From a virus, in the IMG/VR virus record IMGVR_UViG_3300020156_000448, positions 32,001-96,000 of that record: DNA of 64,000 nucleotides. The stretch is one strand, 5' to 3'. The notes under the pieces are model-generated. The model was given only the letters and a program-made list of their open reading frames with translations. It searched no databases and was not told where the DNA came from. A program made the translations under genes and the position numbers. This document shows positions 1-9,937 of the stretch, piece by piece; the stretch's first letter is position 1, and each line of letters starts with the position of its first letter.

Positions 1-97
1 ACTCTTCTTCTGTTAAATTAATAAAAGTCTGTTCAACTTCTGGAGCCTGTACAGCTTCCTCGACAATGTTTTCAATTTTGGTAGTTTTTTTCTTCAT
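1..97 (-). CDS. hypothetical protein, 5' part only (runs off the window edge)
   Basis: ATG at 97 preceded by GGAG; open frame MKKKTTKIENIVEEAVQAPEVEQTFINLTEEE reaches position 1. Confidence 0.6.
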   Translation of the reverse strand, partial: MKKKTTKIENIVEEAVQAPEVEQTFINLTEEE

Positions 98-154
98 TTT
101 ACTTAATTCTCCATAGACTAAAGGTTATGTATATAATATACGCAACAAGATTTA

Positions 155-892
155 TTAGGCAAGTTTTTTTAATTTTAAAACGTATTCTTTTTTTATTTCG
201 GAGTCCATCTTTTGTAATCTTTTTTGAGTACGGATACCTATGTTGAAATCTACTAGTGCCATTTCTGGATTATCACATAAATTATTATACGCTATATGCA
301 CTGCATCTAAGTCTTGAATATTATCCCAGTTCCATTCATCTAGGTACATATTTAAAATAAGAGTTAATTCTTCCTCATTAAACTCAGGAGTCTCGCCAAT
401 TTTATTGGCTGTAGAAGACCACCTTTGCTCATGCCTCGCTATAAAATAAGATACTGCTGCTTCATACGGGTCTCTTTCTAGCAATATGAATATTGATTTT
501 GGAAATAGATCAGACAATTTATCTTTTGTCTCTTGGCTAGACAGACTTCCATAAACCTTATTAAATTGCGACTTATGAACTATCGCTACTGATCCAGGCT
601 TCCAGACTCTTGCGAGCTTACTTTCTAGCATTTTTATATGCTTTGAGGGATAACCCATATTTTCTGATAATTTTAATGCAGAATAATACTTAAACTTATC
701 ATGTTTAAAATAGCTCATGATATGATTTTCGAAATAATCTCTTTCATCTTGTGGAATAATAGAGCTATATGTTCGTAAAATCTCATCATGCTTGACATAG
801 CCGTTTGCTACAAAGATTTCATGAAGCAAATGAGTGCCACATCTAAAATTTGATAAGATCACAACTGATTGCAGCATCTTAAGCCTTGCCAC
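155..892 (-). CDS. sulfotransferase (Stf0-like, PAPS-dependent)
   Basis: N-terminal 5'-PSB-like loop ILSNFRCGTHLL; 3'-PB-like LERDPYEAAVSYF..A...RW; C-terminal Y..L..NP. Confidence 0.72.
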   Translation of the reverse strand: MARLKMLQSVVILSNFRCGTHLLHEIFVANGYVKHDEILRTYSSIIPQDERDYFENHIMSYFKHDKFKYYSALKLSENMGYPSKHIKMLESKLARVWKPGSVAIVHKSQFNKVYGSLSSQETKDKLSDLFPKSIFILLERDPYEAAVSYFIARHEQRWSSTANKIGETPEFNEEELTLILNMYLDEWNWDNIQDLDAVHIAYNNLCDNPEMALVDFNIGIRTQKRLQKMDSEIKKEYVLKLKKLA

Positions 893-1601
893 CTTTGTTT
901 TTCTTTTCAGTCTTAAATCTTTGTATATATTCGTCTTTTAAAGGGTCGATCTGCTTTTCTACTTGATTTTGCTCAAATAAAGAAAGTCCTAGTCGTGCCA
1001 TAACGTCTTCAGGATTAATTAATAATTCCGAATAGTCAACTACATGGTCCGCTAATTCTTGAGACCAAAGCCAATCACCTTCATATTTAGATACCCATTT
1101 TTGAATTTCCTTCTCATTATATATAGGGGGTTCTTGACGACGCTTTGCCTGATGAGAAAAAAAGCTACGTTCATGACGAGCAAAAAACCATGAGACAGCA
1201 GCTTCGACAGGATCGCGGGTGAGAAGAATAAAAGTAGTATTAGGGAATAGCTCCTTAAGCTTAGCGAGTTCAGCTTCTGGACTAAGTTTTCCGTATAGCA
1301 ACCGACTTTGTATACGATGAAGAATTCCAACCGATCTAGGCTTCCAGACTTCCTGAACCTTTGCTTGCCTATGTTGACGGACGCCTAACTCAACCAGTTT
1401 TTCTTGAATTTGTTCAAAATTCAATCCAGCTTTACGTCCATTTCTGGCGGCTGCTCTTACCTCTTTTCTAACTTCAGGAGACAACAATCGCTGTATTTTG
1501 CCCGTAAACTCATCTTGCATCGTATAACCATTTGCGGCAATAAGTGCATGAAGATAATGAGTGCCACATCTAAAATTTGATAAAATTAAAAAGTTTTCCA
1601 T
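879..1601 (-). CDS. sulfotransferase (Stf0-like), tandem paralog of 155..892
   Basis: ILSNFRCGTHYL and LTRDPVEAAVSWFFARHE; co-linear similarity to the neighbouring ORF. Confidence 0.72.
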   Translation of the reverse strand: MENFLILSNFRCGTHYLHALIAANGYTMQDEFTGKIQRLLSPEVRKEVRAAARNGRKAGLNFEQIQEKLVELGVRQHRQAKVQEVWKPRSVGILHRIQSRLLYGKLSPEAELAKLKELFPNTTFILLTRDPVEAAVSWFFARHERSFFSHQAKRRQEPPIYNEKEIQKWVSKYEGDWLWSQELADHVVDYSELLINPEDVMARLGLSLFEQNQVEKQIDPLKDEYIQRFKTEKKNKGGKA

Positions 1602-4408
1602 TATGGATACACCTCGATTAGTCCTAATGCTTCTAAAGCTGCAAGTAAATCTTCCAGAACATCCATAACCTGTAAAGCTGACACACTTGAATATGTTCCG
1701 TAATGATTAACAACCTGTTGCTTGGTAACGGGAGTAGCGCCATAAAATCCTACGCTACTGCCAGATGTTCCAATTCTAGCAGAGCCGTTTACATCTAGTG
1801 TATATGATGGTGAATCAGTACCAATGCCTGTATTACCGTTTTTCATAACCAATGATGTGGGAGCAAAGTTAGTTGTTACAGATGGTGAAGAATAAGCCGT
1901 ATTGGTTGGAGTGATCGTAGTATTTTTAGTGTCTCCTCCAACCATAACTGTGATATGTGCAGTTCCCGCTGTTACTCCTGAAATACGACGAATACGAAAG
2001 TAAGCAGTTGCTAAATTGATTCTAACATCTATTTCAGCATCGTTTCCCGCGTAAGCACCTGTTGTTGATATTGGTAAGCACTTATGCCAAACGCCACTGG
2101 TCCCATTGTATTGAACAGGAACAATATATCTCTTAGATTGAGCAAAAGATGCTGAGTGAGTAGTGTACCAAATTTCAACATTGCTTGAGAAATCCGTATT
2201 TGTTACAGAGCAAAATTCTATAGCGTTAGTTCCTGATGGAACAGTTACTGAGAATGCTTTAGTGAGGAAGTTAGATGCTTTAATTTCTCCATCTGCCCAA
2301 ATAGAATAATGCCCAGTGCCAGGATCATCTACCTTGATTCCATAGCAAACATCTGCTAGGGTAGGAGAGATAACATTAAGAGCAGTTGCCTTAGCTACTG
2401 CTTCATTAGTAGGATAACCTGAGTTATAAGCATAAAAATCATCATCATTTAACTCAACCTGCATACCAATCAGATCAATATCACTGAGATAGTAGTAGTA
2501 TTGAGCCTGAGTATCAATCTTGAATTCTGCTCCTATTTGGATATGATCTCCATAAATAGAATTATAATTACCTTGATCTAAGTTTATAAGGGGATTGTAT
2601 TTAAGACCTGAGCTTAAATTTCCCGTTTCACTTGTCTTTATTAGAAATTCACCGTTTGCAGCACTTAATCCGCCGTTACCCATGTAAATCATGCCATTTG
2701 AGTTAGTATTTAAATGCAATGTAGACGCATCAATTTTCAATGGATTTCCGTATCCCCAAGTAACCAAGTTAGCTACAGCACTAGAAGCTGTAGCATGATA
2801 ATCCCATCTAAACTGTAATTGTCTTTGATTGGATTGTCCTACACCCAAACAGGAACTTGCTGATGTATGTCCGATGATTACAGTAGATGATCCTGTTCCT
2901 GTAGTCATACCAATATTTCCTAAATCATAACCAAATGCAGCAACATATGTAGGAGCAGGGTAAGTAGAGCCTACACCTAATGATGGCATTCTTTGAGGAC
3001 CGTTCGTAAAGGTATTGGCGGAATTTAATATTGCAACACCAGTTAAGCCTGTACCGCTTCCAACAAATGATGGAGCATGCACATCATTGGCAAACATCCA
3101 AGCATCATTATATACATCATCAAAATAAAAAGAACCGGCTAAGCCGCCATAAAAAAATCCGTTAGAAGATGTTATATCAATTCCAGTAATGCTTCCGCTT
3201 GAGATAATGCTAGTTGTTGTTAAAGTCCCTGTGCGTACCGCGCCGCCGAACCATCCTGAATAGTTGTTTGTTCCTATAGTCGGAGCAGCAACATATATAC
3301 CATACACATTTGTTATTGTCCCTGAGCCAGATTTTGCTGGAGCATTGATTAATATACCATAGGCATTTGTCATCGTTCCAAAAGATAGCGAAGCGTCTAT
3401 ATTTACCTCTAAGCCAGTTAGTAATGAAGGATATAATTGAGTTCCCCAGATTTTAATGTCATGATCTACTTCAAAAGGTGCGCCAGCAAGCCAAAACCCG
3501 CTACTGCTATACACTAAACGCTGGTTATCTGTAAAATCCAAGCTAACACTTAGAGCAAATCCGTCATCGCTATTTAATCTAAAGGAGTTGGATGTAGTTC
3601 CTGCATGATCATGAGCTGGAAGATCAGAAGCTTGTATTCCAGAAAATCCAGCCGCTGTAACTATCCCTGAAGTATTAAAATTACCAGTGGTATGATTTAA
3701 ATAAGCTTTTAACGTGTTTCCAGAATCTTGACCTGACCACCATTGAGTATGTAGATCAAATCCAGCACCTAAATAAGTATTTTTTCCAAAGTCAAACGTA
3801 CATTCGGCATCGTATGGAGCGCCAAAGTTTCTATTTAAATCAAATTCTAAAGTGGTTGCATTTGCGTTTATATCAGTGGTGTGCAGCAAACCTGTAATTT
3901 CTACATCAGAATCAATTTGAGTCAAACCCACACCAGTAGGCGATATAGTAATTCTATTACCGAATGAAGTTTCGTTAATAACAAATGATGTCCCTGAGCC
4001 TATTAGTCTCCATTGTTTATTACTGGAAGCGGTGTTTGTCAAATTTATTGTTGGAGTTGCTGCCTGAACCGTTAGTGCCCCACTTAATGTTGTGGCAGCA
4101 GCAGATAGAGAACCAGGAATAGATACGGACTGAGAAGATGTAGCGATTGTAACTGTGCTAGCTGAAAACGCGACTACAGGCACGTTTCCACTACCCATAT
4201 AGATCGTGCCTGAGCCGAGAGTATTTGCATTAATTTTAAATGAGCTATTGGTCGTTCCAGTAATATTTGTCAACCCAGCATTAATTTCCAAATCACCGCC
4301 AGTAATAGAAATATTTCTTGAAGGAGAGTCACCTCCTGCAATAGTATAGCCATCTGCGTTATTTGTATATACTAGATTTTGCCCAACGGCATTTTGTTTA
4401 GAAGCCAT
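1601..4408 (-). CDS. virion fibre / receptor-binding protein
   Basis: Gly/Ser/Thr-rich beta-fibre composition; GNTGIGTDSPSYTLDVNG fibre repeat; C-terminal VGFYGATPV..Q...L.ALGLI module; N-terminus shared with 4418..7297. Confidence 0.75.
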   Translation of the reverse strand: MASKQNAVGQNLVYTNNADGYTIAGGDSPSRNISITGGDLEINAGLTNITGTTNSSFKINANTLGSGTIYMGSGNVPVVAFSASTVTIATSSQSVSIPGSLSAAATTLSGALTVQAATPTINLTNTASSNKQWRLIGSGTSFVINETSFGNRITISPTGVGLTQIDSDVEITGLLHTTDINANATTLEFDLNRNFGAPYDAECTFDFGKNTYLGAGFDLHTQWWSGQDSGNTLKAYLNHTTGNFNTSGIVTAAGFSGIQASDLPAHDHAGTTSNSFRLNSDDGFALSVSLDFTDNQRLVYSSSGFWLAGAPFEVDHDIKIWGTQLYPSLLTGLEVNIDASLSFGTMTNAYGILINAPAKSGSGTITNVYGIYVAAPTIGTNNYSGWFGGAVRTGTLTTTSIISSGSITGIDITSSNGFFYGGLAGSFYFDDVYNDAWMFANDVHAPSFVGSGTGLTGVAILNSANTFTNGPQRMPSLGVGSTYPAPTYVAAFGYDLGNIGMTTGTGSSTVIIGHTSASSCLGVGQSNQRQLQFRWDYHATASSAVANLVTWGYGNPLKIDASTLHLNTNSNGMIYMGNGGLSAANGEFLIKTSETGNLSSGLKYNPLINLDQGNYNSIYGDHIQIGAEFKIDTQAQYYYYLSDIDLIGMQVELNDDDFYAYNSGYPTNEAVAKATALNVISPTLADVCYGIKVDDPGTGHYSIWADGEIKASNFLTKAFSVTVPSGTNAIEFCSVTNTDFSSNVEIWYTTHSASFAQSKRYIVPVQYNGTSGVWHKCLPISTTGAYAGNDAEIDVRINLATAYFRIRRISGVTAGTAHITVMVGGDTKNTTITPTNTAYSSPSVTTNFAPTSLVMKNGNTGIGTDSPSYTLDVNGSARIGTSGSSVGFYGATPVTKQQVVNHYGTYSSVSALQVMDVLEDLLAALEALGLIEVYP

Positions 4409-4417
4409 ATTTCACTC

Positions 4418-7297
4418 TTATACGAAAGTTATGTTACCAACTGAGCTAACTACTTGCCAAATGGTGTTAGCTCCAATGCATGTTACTTCAACACAGTCTC
4501 TTTGATGAGTAGAAGCAATATAGCCTGTAGCTCCTGTTGTAGTGTTAGACTCGCCAAAATATATTACCTGTCCTGCGTTCTGAGCAAGCCTCCATCCACC
4601 CGTGCCTTTACCTACAATTTTAATTACGCTCCCAAAAGCTGCGGTGCTTGGCAATGTCACTGTTACTTGTGCAACGTTATTAGTCACATAGGCAGTGTTG
4701 ATAGATGCTGCTTGAGTAGTCCCTGTGACTTCGGTCCATGTATTGACCCAAGTCATGGTTTTATACTCTAAAGCGTTGCCTGCGCTGTTTACTCCAAGTA
4801 CTTGATTGGCAGAACCAATTGAAGTTAGTCCAGTGCCGCCCTTTGCAGTTGTTATTGTATCGCCTGACCAAGTTCCGAAGTAGGCGCTAGCTGTTACTTC
4901 TCCATCATTTACAGAAGCTGAGTTAATATTCACTGTCGTAGCATTAATGTTAACAATATCATCAGAGCCTGGAGCAATAGTTACAGTTCCAGTAGAATTT
5001 ACAGAAACAGACCCATTCGCTACACCTAAACTTAACGTGGCAATATTAGAATCTGAAGAATCAGAATTGATTGTAAATGTATTACTTGGCGTTCCTGAAA
5101 TATTAGGAGCATCAGACCAAGTTGGAACGCCCGAAGAGACTGTCAGAACTTGCCCTGTTGTTCCAATCGCTCTTTTTGCTAATGTATTTGACCCAGATGC
5201 ATATAATAGATCACCTGTTGTCCATGTTGTCTGGTTTGTTCCACCATATGTAGGTCCAATAGCTGTACCATTCCAAGTTCCGTTTGTAACTACACCTGCA
5301 TTGATCTCAAAAGGATTAGAAGCATCATAAAAAAGAAATTTGCCATATGATGTTCCATTATGTTGATAAAAATTCATGGAGTTTGTAATTTGATCGCTTG
5401 TAATCTGAGCGCCATCAGTGCCGAATTCTAATTCAATTATAGAAGCAGCATTTCCAGAATCGATTGTAAATTTAGAGTTGGTTGTTCCTGTGATTCCAGT
5501 GGGGGTAGCAGGCGCAGCCCAAGTTGGAACGCCTCCAGAGACTGTCAGAACATCGCCAGAACTTCCTATTGCTCTCTTAGAGAGAGTATTAGAAGCAGAT
5601 GCATATAATAGATCACCTGTTGTCCATGTTGTCTGGTTTGTTCCACCATATGTAGGTCCAATAGCTGTACCATTCCAAGTACTGCCTGATCCTGCTGTTA
5701 ATGTAGCTGTGTGAGAAAGCTCGATTCTAGAAGTGGAAAAATTCCATCTGACATAATGAGTTGCGGCATTACCAAATAACAAAGTAGCAGTCTCCGAAGC
5801 AGGAGCGCCATCAGAGTTAATAGCGAAGCTCGCGCCTGTGGTTCCAGTATCTGCGCCTGGGCTATGGCTACTAATGCTTATGGAGTTTGCACCGTGAGTA
5901 ACAGTGGTTCCCCCTGAGCCGCTGACTGTTTTGTATTCTGGAGCAGTTGCTCCAGAATTCATTCCAATAACTTGATTGGCAGTTCCTTTCGCAAGCTTCG
6001 AGAGCGCTGTTCCTGAAGCATAATATAATATATCACCAGCCGTATAGGAAGTTACTCCCGTGCCGCCGTAGCCTGTCTTGACTGATGTTGCCTGCCAAGT
6101 ACCAGTTGCAACTGTCCCTAGCGTAGTTATATTGGTTGAACCAGCCCATGTAGATAAAGCTGTGTTTTCGACGTTTCCTAATCCTACATCTGATTTGGAA
6201 ACAGTAGACCAAGATGGAGCAGCAGAAACTGATCCAGTACCTGTCTGGCTTAAAAATTGTTTTGTCGTAGTTGTGTTACCTGCTAATTTAGCCAGAGTAT
6301 TAGAAGCTGACGAATATAAAAGATCACCAAGCGTGTAAGAGTTAATTCCAGTTCCGCCGTAGGTTGGTCCAACAGCACTGCCATTCCATGTTCCAGCCGT
6401 AATAGTTCCACCACTTAGAGTCAAGGAAGTAGTTCCATTCGTCAATGCCATGGAAGTAGTAGCGGTGATTGTCATTACATCGCCACTTGTATACGCAATG
6501 GAGCCGCCATGACCAAAGGCTAATGTTTCAGTAGCAGCATTTGCATCACTATCAATTGTAAACGTTGCTTGATCGGTCCCAGTATCAGTATTTTGAGCAT
6601 GACCGCCTGATAGAGTATGAGGAACCCATACACCTGATTGATACTTTAGTACCTGACCATCTAATACTCCAGAGACGCTAACATCACTTATCTCTTCCAA
6701 AGTTAAATCAACGTAAGCGCCATCAATTGTACCACCGTTCCACACACATCCAGAACCCATAGTTTTATTGCTTAAGCTTTGAGTTGAAGAGATATTCACA
6801 AGCTCTATTTCCGAACCGACAACGCCAGCTTTCCATACATCAGAAGCTTCGTCCCAAAGAAGAGATGCATTTATTATTGAACCGCGCTCTACCTCGATAC
6901 CGCCATTTTCTGAAGGTGTTCCCCCAGCATAGTTACTATTAAGAACGATTATATTATCTGCTAGGTTAATTGTTTCTGTATTAACTGTAGTTGTAGTTCC
7001 ATTTACAGTTAGATTACCTGCAATTATTACAGTATGAGAAGAAGTTCCAATTGTTAAATCAGTTCCAGATAAAGCCATACCAACTTCATCATCAAAATAA
7101 AGAATACCACCTGTTCCGCCACTATTAATAGAATAAGAATCTGCGGATGTTCCAGTAAGATTAGATACTAGTGATGAAAAACTTACACTACTACCTGTAA
7201 TGGTAATAGTTCTAGTTGAATTGCCACCTGAAATGGTATAACCATCTGTCTCATTAGTGTAGACAAGATTTTTACCTATAACGTTTTGTGTAGCCAT
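4418..7297 (-). CDS. virion fibre protein with internal repeats
   Basis: Repeated (T)WNG.AIGPTYGGT....T.GDLLYAS.SNTL.K.A.G modules; modules shared with both flanking fibre genes. Confidence 0.78.
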   Translation of the reverse strand: MATQNVIGKNLVYTNETDGYTISGGNSTRTITITGSSVSFSSLVSNLTGTSADSYSINSGGTGGILYFDDEVGMALSGTDLTIGTSSHTVIIAGNLTVNGTTTTVNTETINLADNIIVLNSNYAGGTPSENGGIEVERGSIINASLLWDEASDVWKAGVVGSEIELVNISSTQSLSNKTMGSGCVWNGGTIDGAYVDLTLEEISDVSVSGVLDGQVLKYQSGVWVPHTLSGGHAQNTDTGTDQATFTIDSDANAATETLAFGHGGSIAYTSGDVMTITATTSMALTNGTTSLTLSGGTITAGTWNGSAVGPTYGGTGINSYTLGDLLYSSASNTLAKLAGNTTTTKQFLSQTGTGSVSAAPSWSTVSKSDVGLGNVENTALSTWAGSTNITTLGTVATGTWQATSVKTGYGGTGVTSYTAGDILYYASGTALSKLAKGTANQVIGMNSGATAPEYKTVSGSGGTTVTHGANSISISSHSPGADTGTTGASFAINSDGAPASETATLLFGNAATHYVRWNFSTSRIELSHTATLTAGSGSTWNGTAIGPTYGGTNQTTWTTGDLLYASASNTLSKRAIGSSGDVLTVSGGVPTWAAPATPTGITGTTNSKFTIDSGNAASIIELEFGTDGAQITSDQITNSMNFYQHNGTSYGKFLFYDASNPFEINAGVVTNGTWNGTAIGPTYGGTNQTTWTTGDLLYASGSNTLAKRAIGTTGQVLTVSSGVPTWSDAPNISGTPSNTFTINSDSSDSNIATLSLGVANGSVSVNSTGTVTIAPGSDDIVNINATTVNINSASVNDGEVTASAYFGTWSGDTITTAKGGTGLTSIGSANQVLGVNSAGNALEYKTMTWVNTWTEVTGTTQAASINTAYVTNNVAQVTVTLPSTAAFGSVIKIVGKGTGGWRLAQNAGQVIYFGESNTTTGATGYIASTHQRDCVEVTCIGANTIWQVVSSVGNITFV
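5194..5680. repeat. 85-bp perfect direct repeat (5194-5278 and 5596-5680) inside the fibre gene
   Basis: cagatgcatataatagatcacc...gtaccattccaagt occurs twice, 402 bp apart (in frame); near-identical flanks at about 5118 and 5519. Confidence 0.92.
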
Positions 7298-7310
7298 TTA
7301 TCACCCCTTG

Positions 7311-9935
7311 TTAAACTGTTGCGACTGTTCCAACAGAGCCTATTACCTGCCATTGCGTGTTATTATTAATACATATAATTTCTACGCAATTCCTCTGGTG
7401 CGTAGATGATAAGTATCCTGTTGTGCCAGTGGATGTACTAGACTCACCGAAGTAGATTACTTGACCAGCGCCTTGCGCAATCTTCCATCCACCAGCACCT
7501 TTGCCAACTACTTTAATAATGTCTCCTGTATTGGCAGTTGCAGGCAGATTTATAGTTACCAGTGATGCATTATTAGCAATGTATCCATTATTCACTATTG
7601 CTGTCTCTGACGTAGTTGTTATTTCTGTAAAGCTAATAATACCCGTATTAATTGCAGCGATAGTATCATCTACATATTTTTTGGTTGTTGCATGATTATC
7701 AGTAGAAGGTAAGCCTGGAAGAGTTATGTTTCCAGAAGCGTCAACTGATGCTATTGGAGTTCCTGCATTGTTTTGCCACTCTTGAAGATTTGCAGATTGA
7801 CCAGCAGAACTTACTACTGTCAATACAGGAGCAGATGTAGTTGTTCCTATCACAGATAATGAAGCGTCTGCTGATGTTCCTGTTGCAAAACTTCGAGCCG
7901 AGCCGGACTGCCTATTACCAGATATTTCAATTCCGTAATAAGATTGCATAAGCATTCTATTGCCATAGAGCAATCCGATGGAATCCCACTCATTTCCAAA
8001 TTGAATGCTTGCGCCCTCTCCGCTAAGTAATCCAGAGAAGATTAATTTTCTCAGCGATGAAGAAGATGATCCAGTTGTAGATATTGTTTGATCCAAAGCA
8101 AATTGATTTGCGCTATCTAATCTGGCGACATTATTTGAAAGATAAGCATCATCTAATTCTCCACTAGTAATAGCCGATGCGTTAAGATTTGTTAAACTTG
8201 CGCCTGATCCAGAAAATGTTCCAGCAGTACAAGTGCCCGTTATAGATGCAGATGGAGCTTGTAGATACGCACCAGAAGAAGGCGGAGTTGTACTATTTAG
8301 TGATAGTCTAGAATTAATGGATACACCATTACTATTGTATCTAATTCTTTCCGTGGTATTGCTTTTAAAAACCATGTCGTATAGTGTGCCAGTACCAGCG
8401 CTAGTTGTACTCAACACAGCTACACCATCTATTATCCCAAACTGTAGATTACTATAGTTTACTGCATCTGTATCAAAATTAGTTCCAAATATGTCAATGT
8501 AATTTCTTGTTGTTCCTGTAGCAGGAATCAATCTAAATGCGTTATAAAGAGTCGTTCCAGGACGCAATCTAACAGAGCTTAAAGAACCAGAAATAACCTG
8601 AGATAACGTTGATGTTCCGATTGCAATTCCTTTGGTAGCGCCTGTTGTAAAAGTGTTTAGCTCTGCAAAGGTATTGGCAGAACCTTTTAATGCGACATTT
8701 CCAGATAATAAAGAATCAGATACGCTTCCAGTAGAAAGATTGCTTGCGTTAAGAGAAGTTAATGCCGCTCCTGAAATTGCAGGTAATGCCCCTTGCAGGT
8801 TTGCAGAAGGCACTAATACATCAGTATCTAACGTTCCTGCTGTTATATCTCCAGCAGCTACAGAGCCTGCCGAAACGCCTGTTAACTGACTTCCGTCGCC
8901 TATATAAACATTAGCTTGCATTGTGCCGCTAATTGTTACATCATTTGGTAATGAAAGAGTTATTCCGCCTGCACTATTAGCAATACTAATCTGATTTGCT
9001 GTTCCAGTGATATTTGATAGCGTGTATCCTGTTCCGTTTCCAATAAGTAATTGTCCGTTGGTTGGCGTTGTTGATATTCCAGTGCCCCCGTATCCAATTC
9101 CAATTGCGTTTCCTTGCCATGTGGAAGAAGTAAAAGTTTTATTTGAAATTGCTTGCGTGCTCGATGCATTCACTAAGACAATTTCAGAACCCAATAGCCC
9201 TGCTCTCCATGTTTGTGTTGTTTCATGCCAAAGCAATGAAGCATTTGGAGATGTTCCACGTTCAATTTCAATGCCTCCGTCTTCCGAAGGAGTTCCAGTA
9301 ACATTGCTATTTAGCACAATCACGTTATCTGATATTGTTAAGGTTTCTGTATCTATTACAGTTTGCGTTCCATCAACATTAAGGTTTCCCTTTAGTGTAA
9401 AGGTTCCAGACTCATATCTTAAGTATGCACCAGTAGTTTGATCGCCAAAGTACAGATTAAAAATTCCTGAGGCGTTAGAGGTTCCTGCGCCGATATAAAA
9501 ATTTGTAGAAGTGGTTCCATCATCATCTCCTGAATCGGCTTGAGAGGCAGAAAAGGCTGTATATATACTAGCACGAATTAAGCCACGTTCAATAGAATCA
9601 TAATCTTCTAACGCTATGCCTAAAATAGCTTGATCGCTAGCGGTTCTAGCTGTAGCGGTTCCATCCCCAGCAGAAGTAAGAAGATTTCCAGCAACGATAG
9701 TGCCAGTTACATAGATGTTGCCTTCCCCTAAAATAGTAACATAGGCTGGCTGACCTGACAAAGAAGTATTGTTAACAATGCCTGCAAAGATATCAGTCGC
9801 ATCGTGATTTGGAAAAATAACTTCGTCGGGATTATCGCGGTTATACACAACAACATCACCAGAATACATAACTTCATCACTTCCGTTTATGTATTTTCTT
9901 GTTATTTTATCTATGTTGATAGTGGAATTTGCCAT
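7311..9935 (-). CDS. virion fibre protein with an N-terminal capsid-cement (DUF2190-like) module
   Basis: N-terminal GDVVV...AGIV......GQPAYVTILG...I.AGNLLTS..DGTA...ILGIALED; fibre repeats; C-terminal domain shared with 4418..7297. Confidence 0.7.
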   Translation of the reverse strand: MANSTINIDKITRKYINGSDEVMYSGDVVVYNRDNPDEVIFPNHDATDIFAGIVNNTSLSGQPAYVTILGEGNIYVTGTIVAGNLLTSAGDGTATARTASDQAILGIALEDYDSIERGLIRASIYTAFSASQADSGDDDGTTSTNFYIGAGTSNASGIFNLYFGDQTTGAYLRYESGTFTLKGNLNVDGTQTVIDTETLTISDNVIVLNSNVTGTPSEDGGIEIERGTSPNASLLWHETTQTWRAGLLGSEIVLVNASSTQAISNKTFTSSTWQGNAIGIGYGGTGISTTPTNGQLLIGNGTGYTLSNITGTANQISIANSAGGITLSLPNDVTISGTMQANVYIGDGSQLTGVSAGSVAAGDITAGTLDTDVLVPSANLQGALPAISGAALTSLNASNLSTGSVSDSLLSGNVALKGSANTFAELNTFTTGATKGIAIGTSTLSQVISGSLSSVRLRPGTTLYNAFRLIPATGTTRNYIDIFGTNFDTDAVNYSNLQFGIIDGVAVLSTTSAGTGTLYDMVFKSNTTERIRYNSNGVSINSRLSLNSTTPPSSGAYLQAPSASITGTCTAGTFSGSGASLTNLNASAITSGELDDAYLSNNVARLDSANQFALDQTISTTGSSSSSLRKLIFSGLLSGEGASIQFGNEWDSIGLLYGNRMLMQSYYGIEISGNRQSGSARSFATGTSADASLSVIGTTTSAPVLTVVSSAGQSANLQEWQNNAGTPIASVDASGNITLPGLPSTDNHATTKKYVDDTIAAINTGIISFTEITTTSETAIVNNGYIANNASLVTINLPATANTGDIIKVVGKGAGGWKIAQGAGQVIYFGESSTSTGTTGYLSSTHQRNCVEIICINNNTQWQVIGSVGTVATV

Positions 9936-9937
9936 AG

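Noticed and set aside
5194-5680. Possible diversity-generating retroelement TR/VR pair in the fibre gene
   Set aside because: The copies are identical with no adenine-specific mismatches, both are in frame inside the gene, and no reverse transcriptase is in the window.
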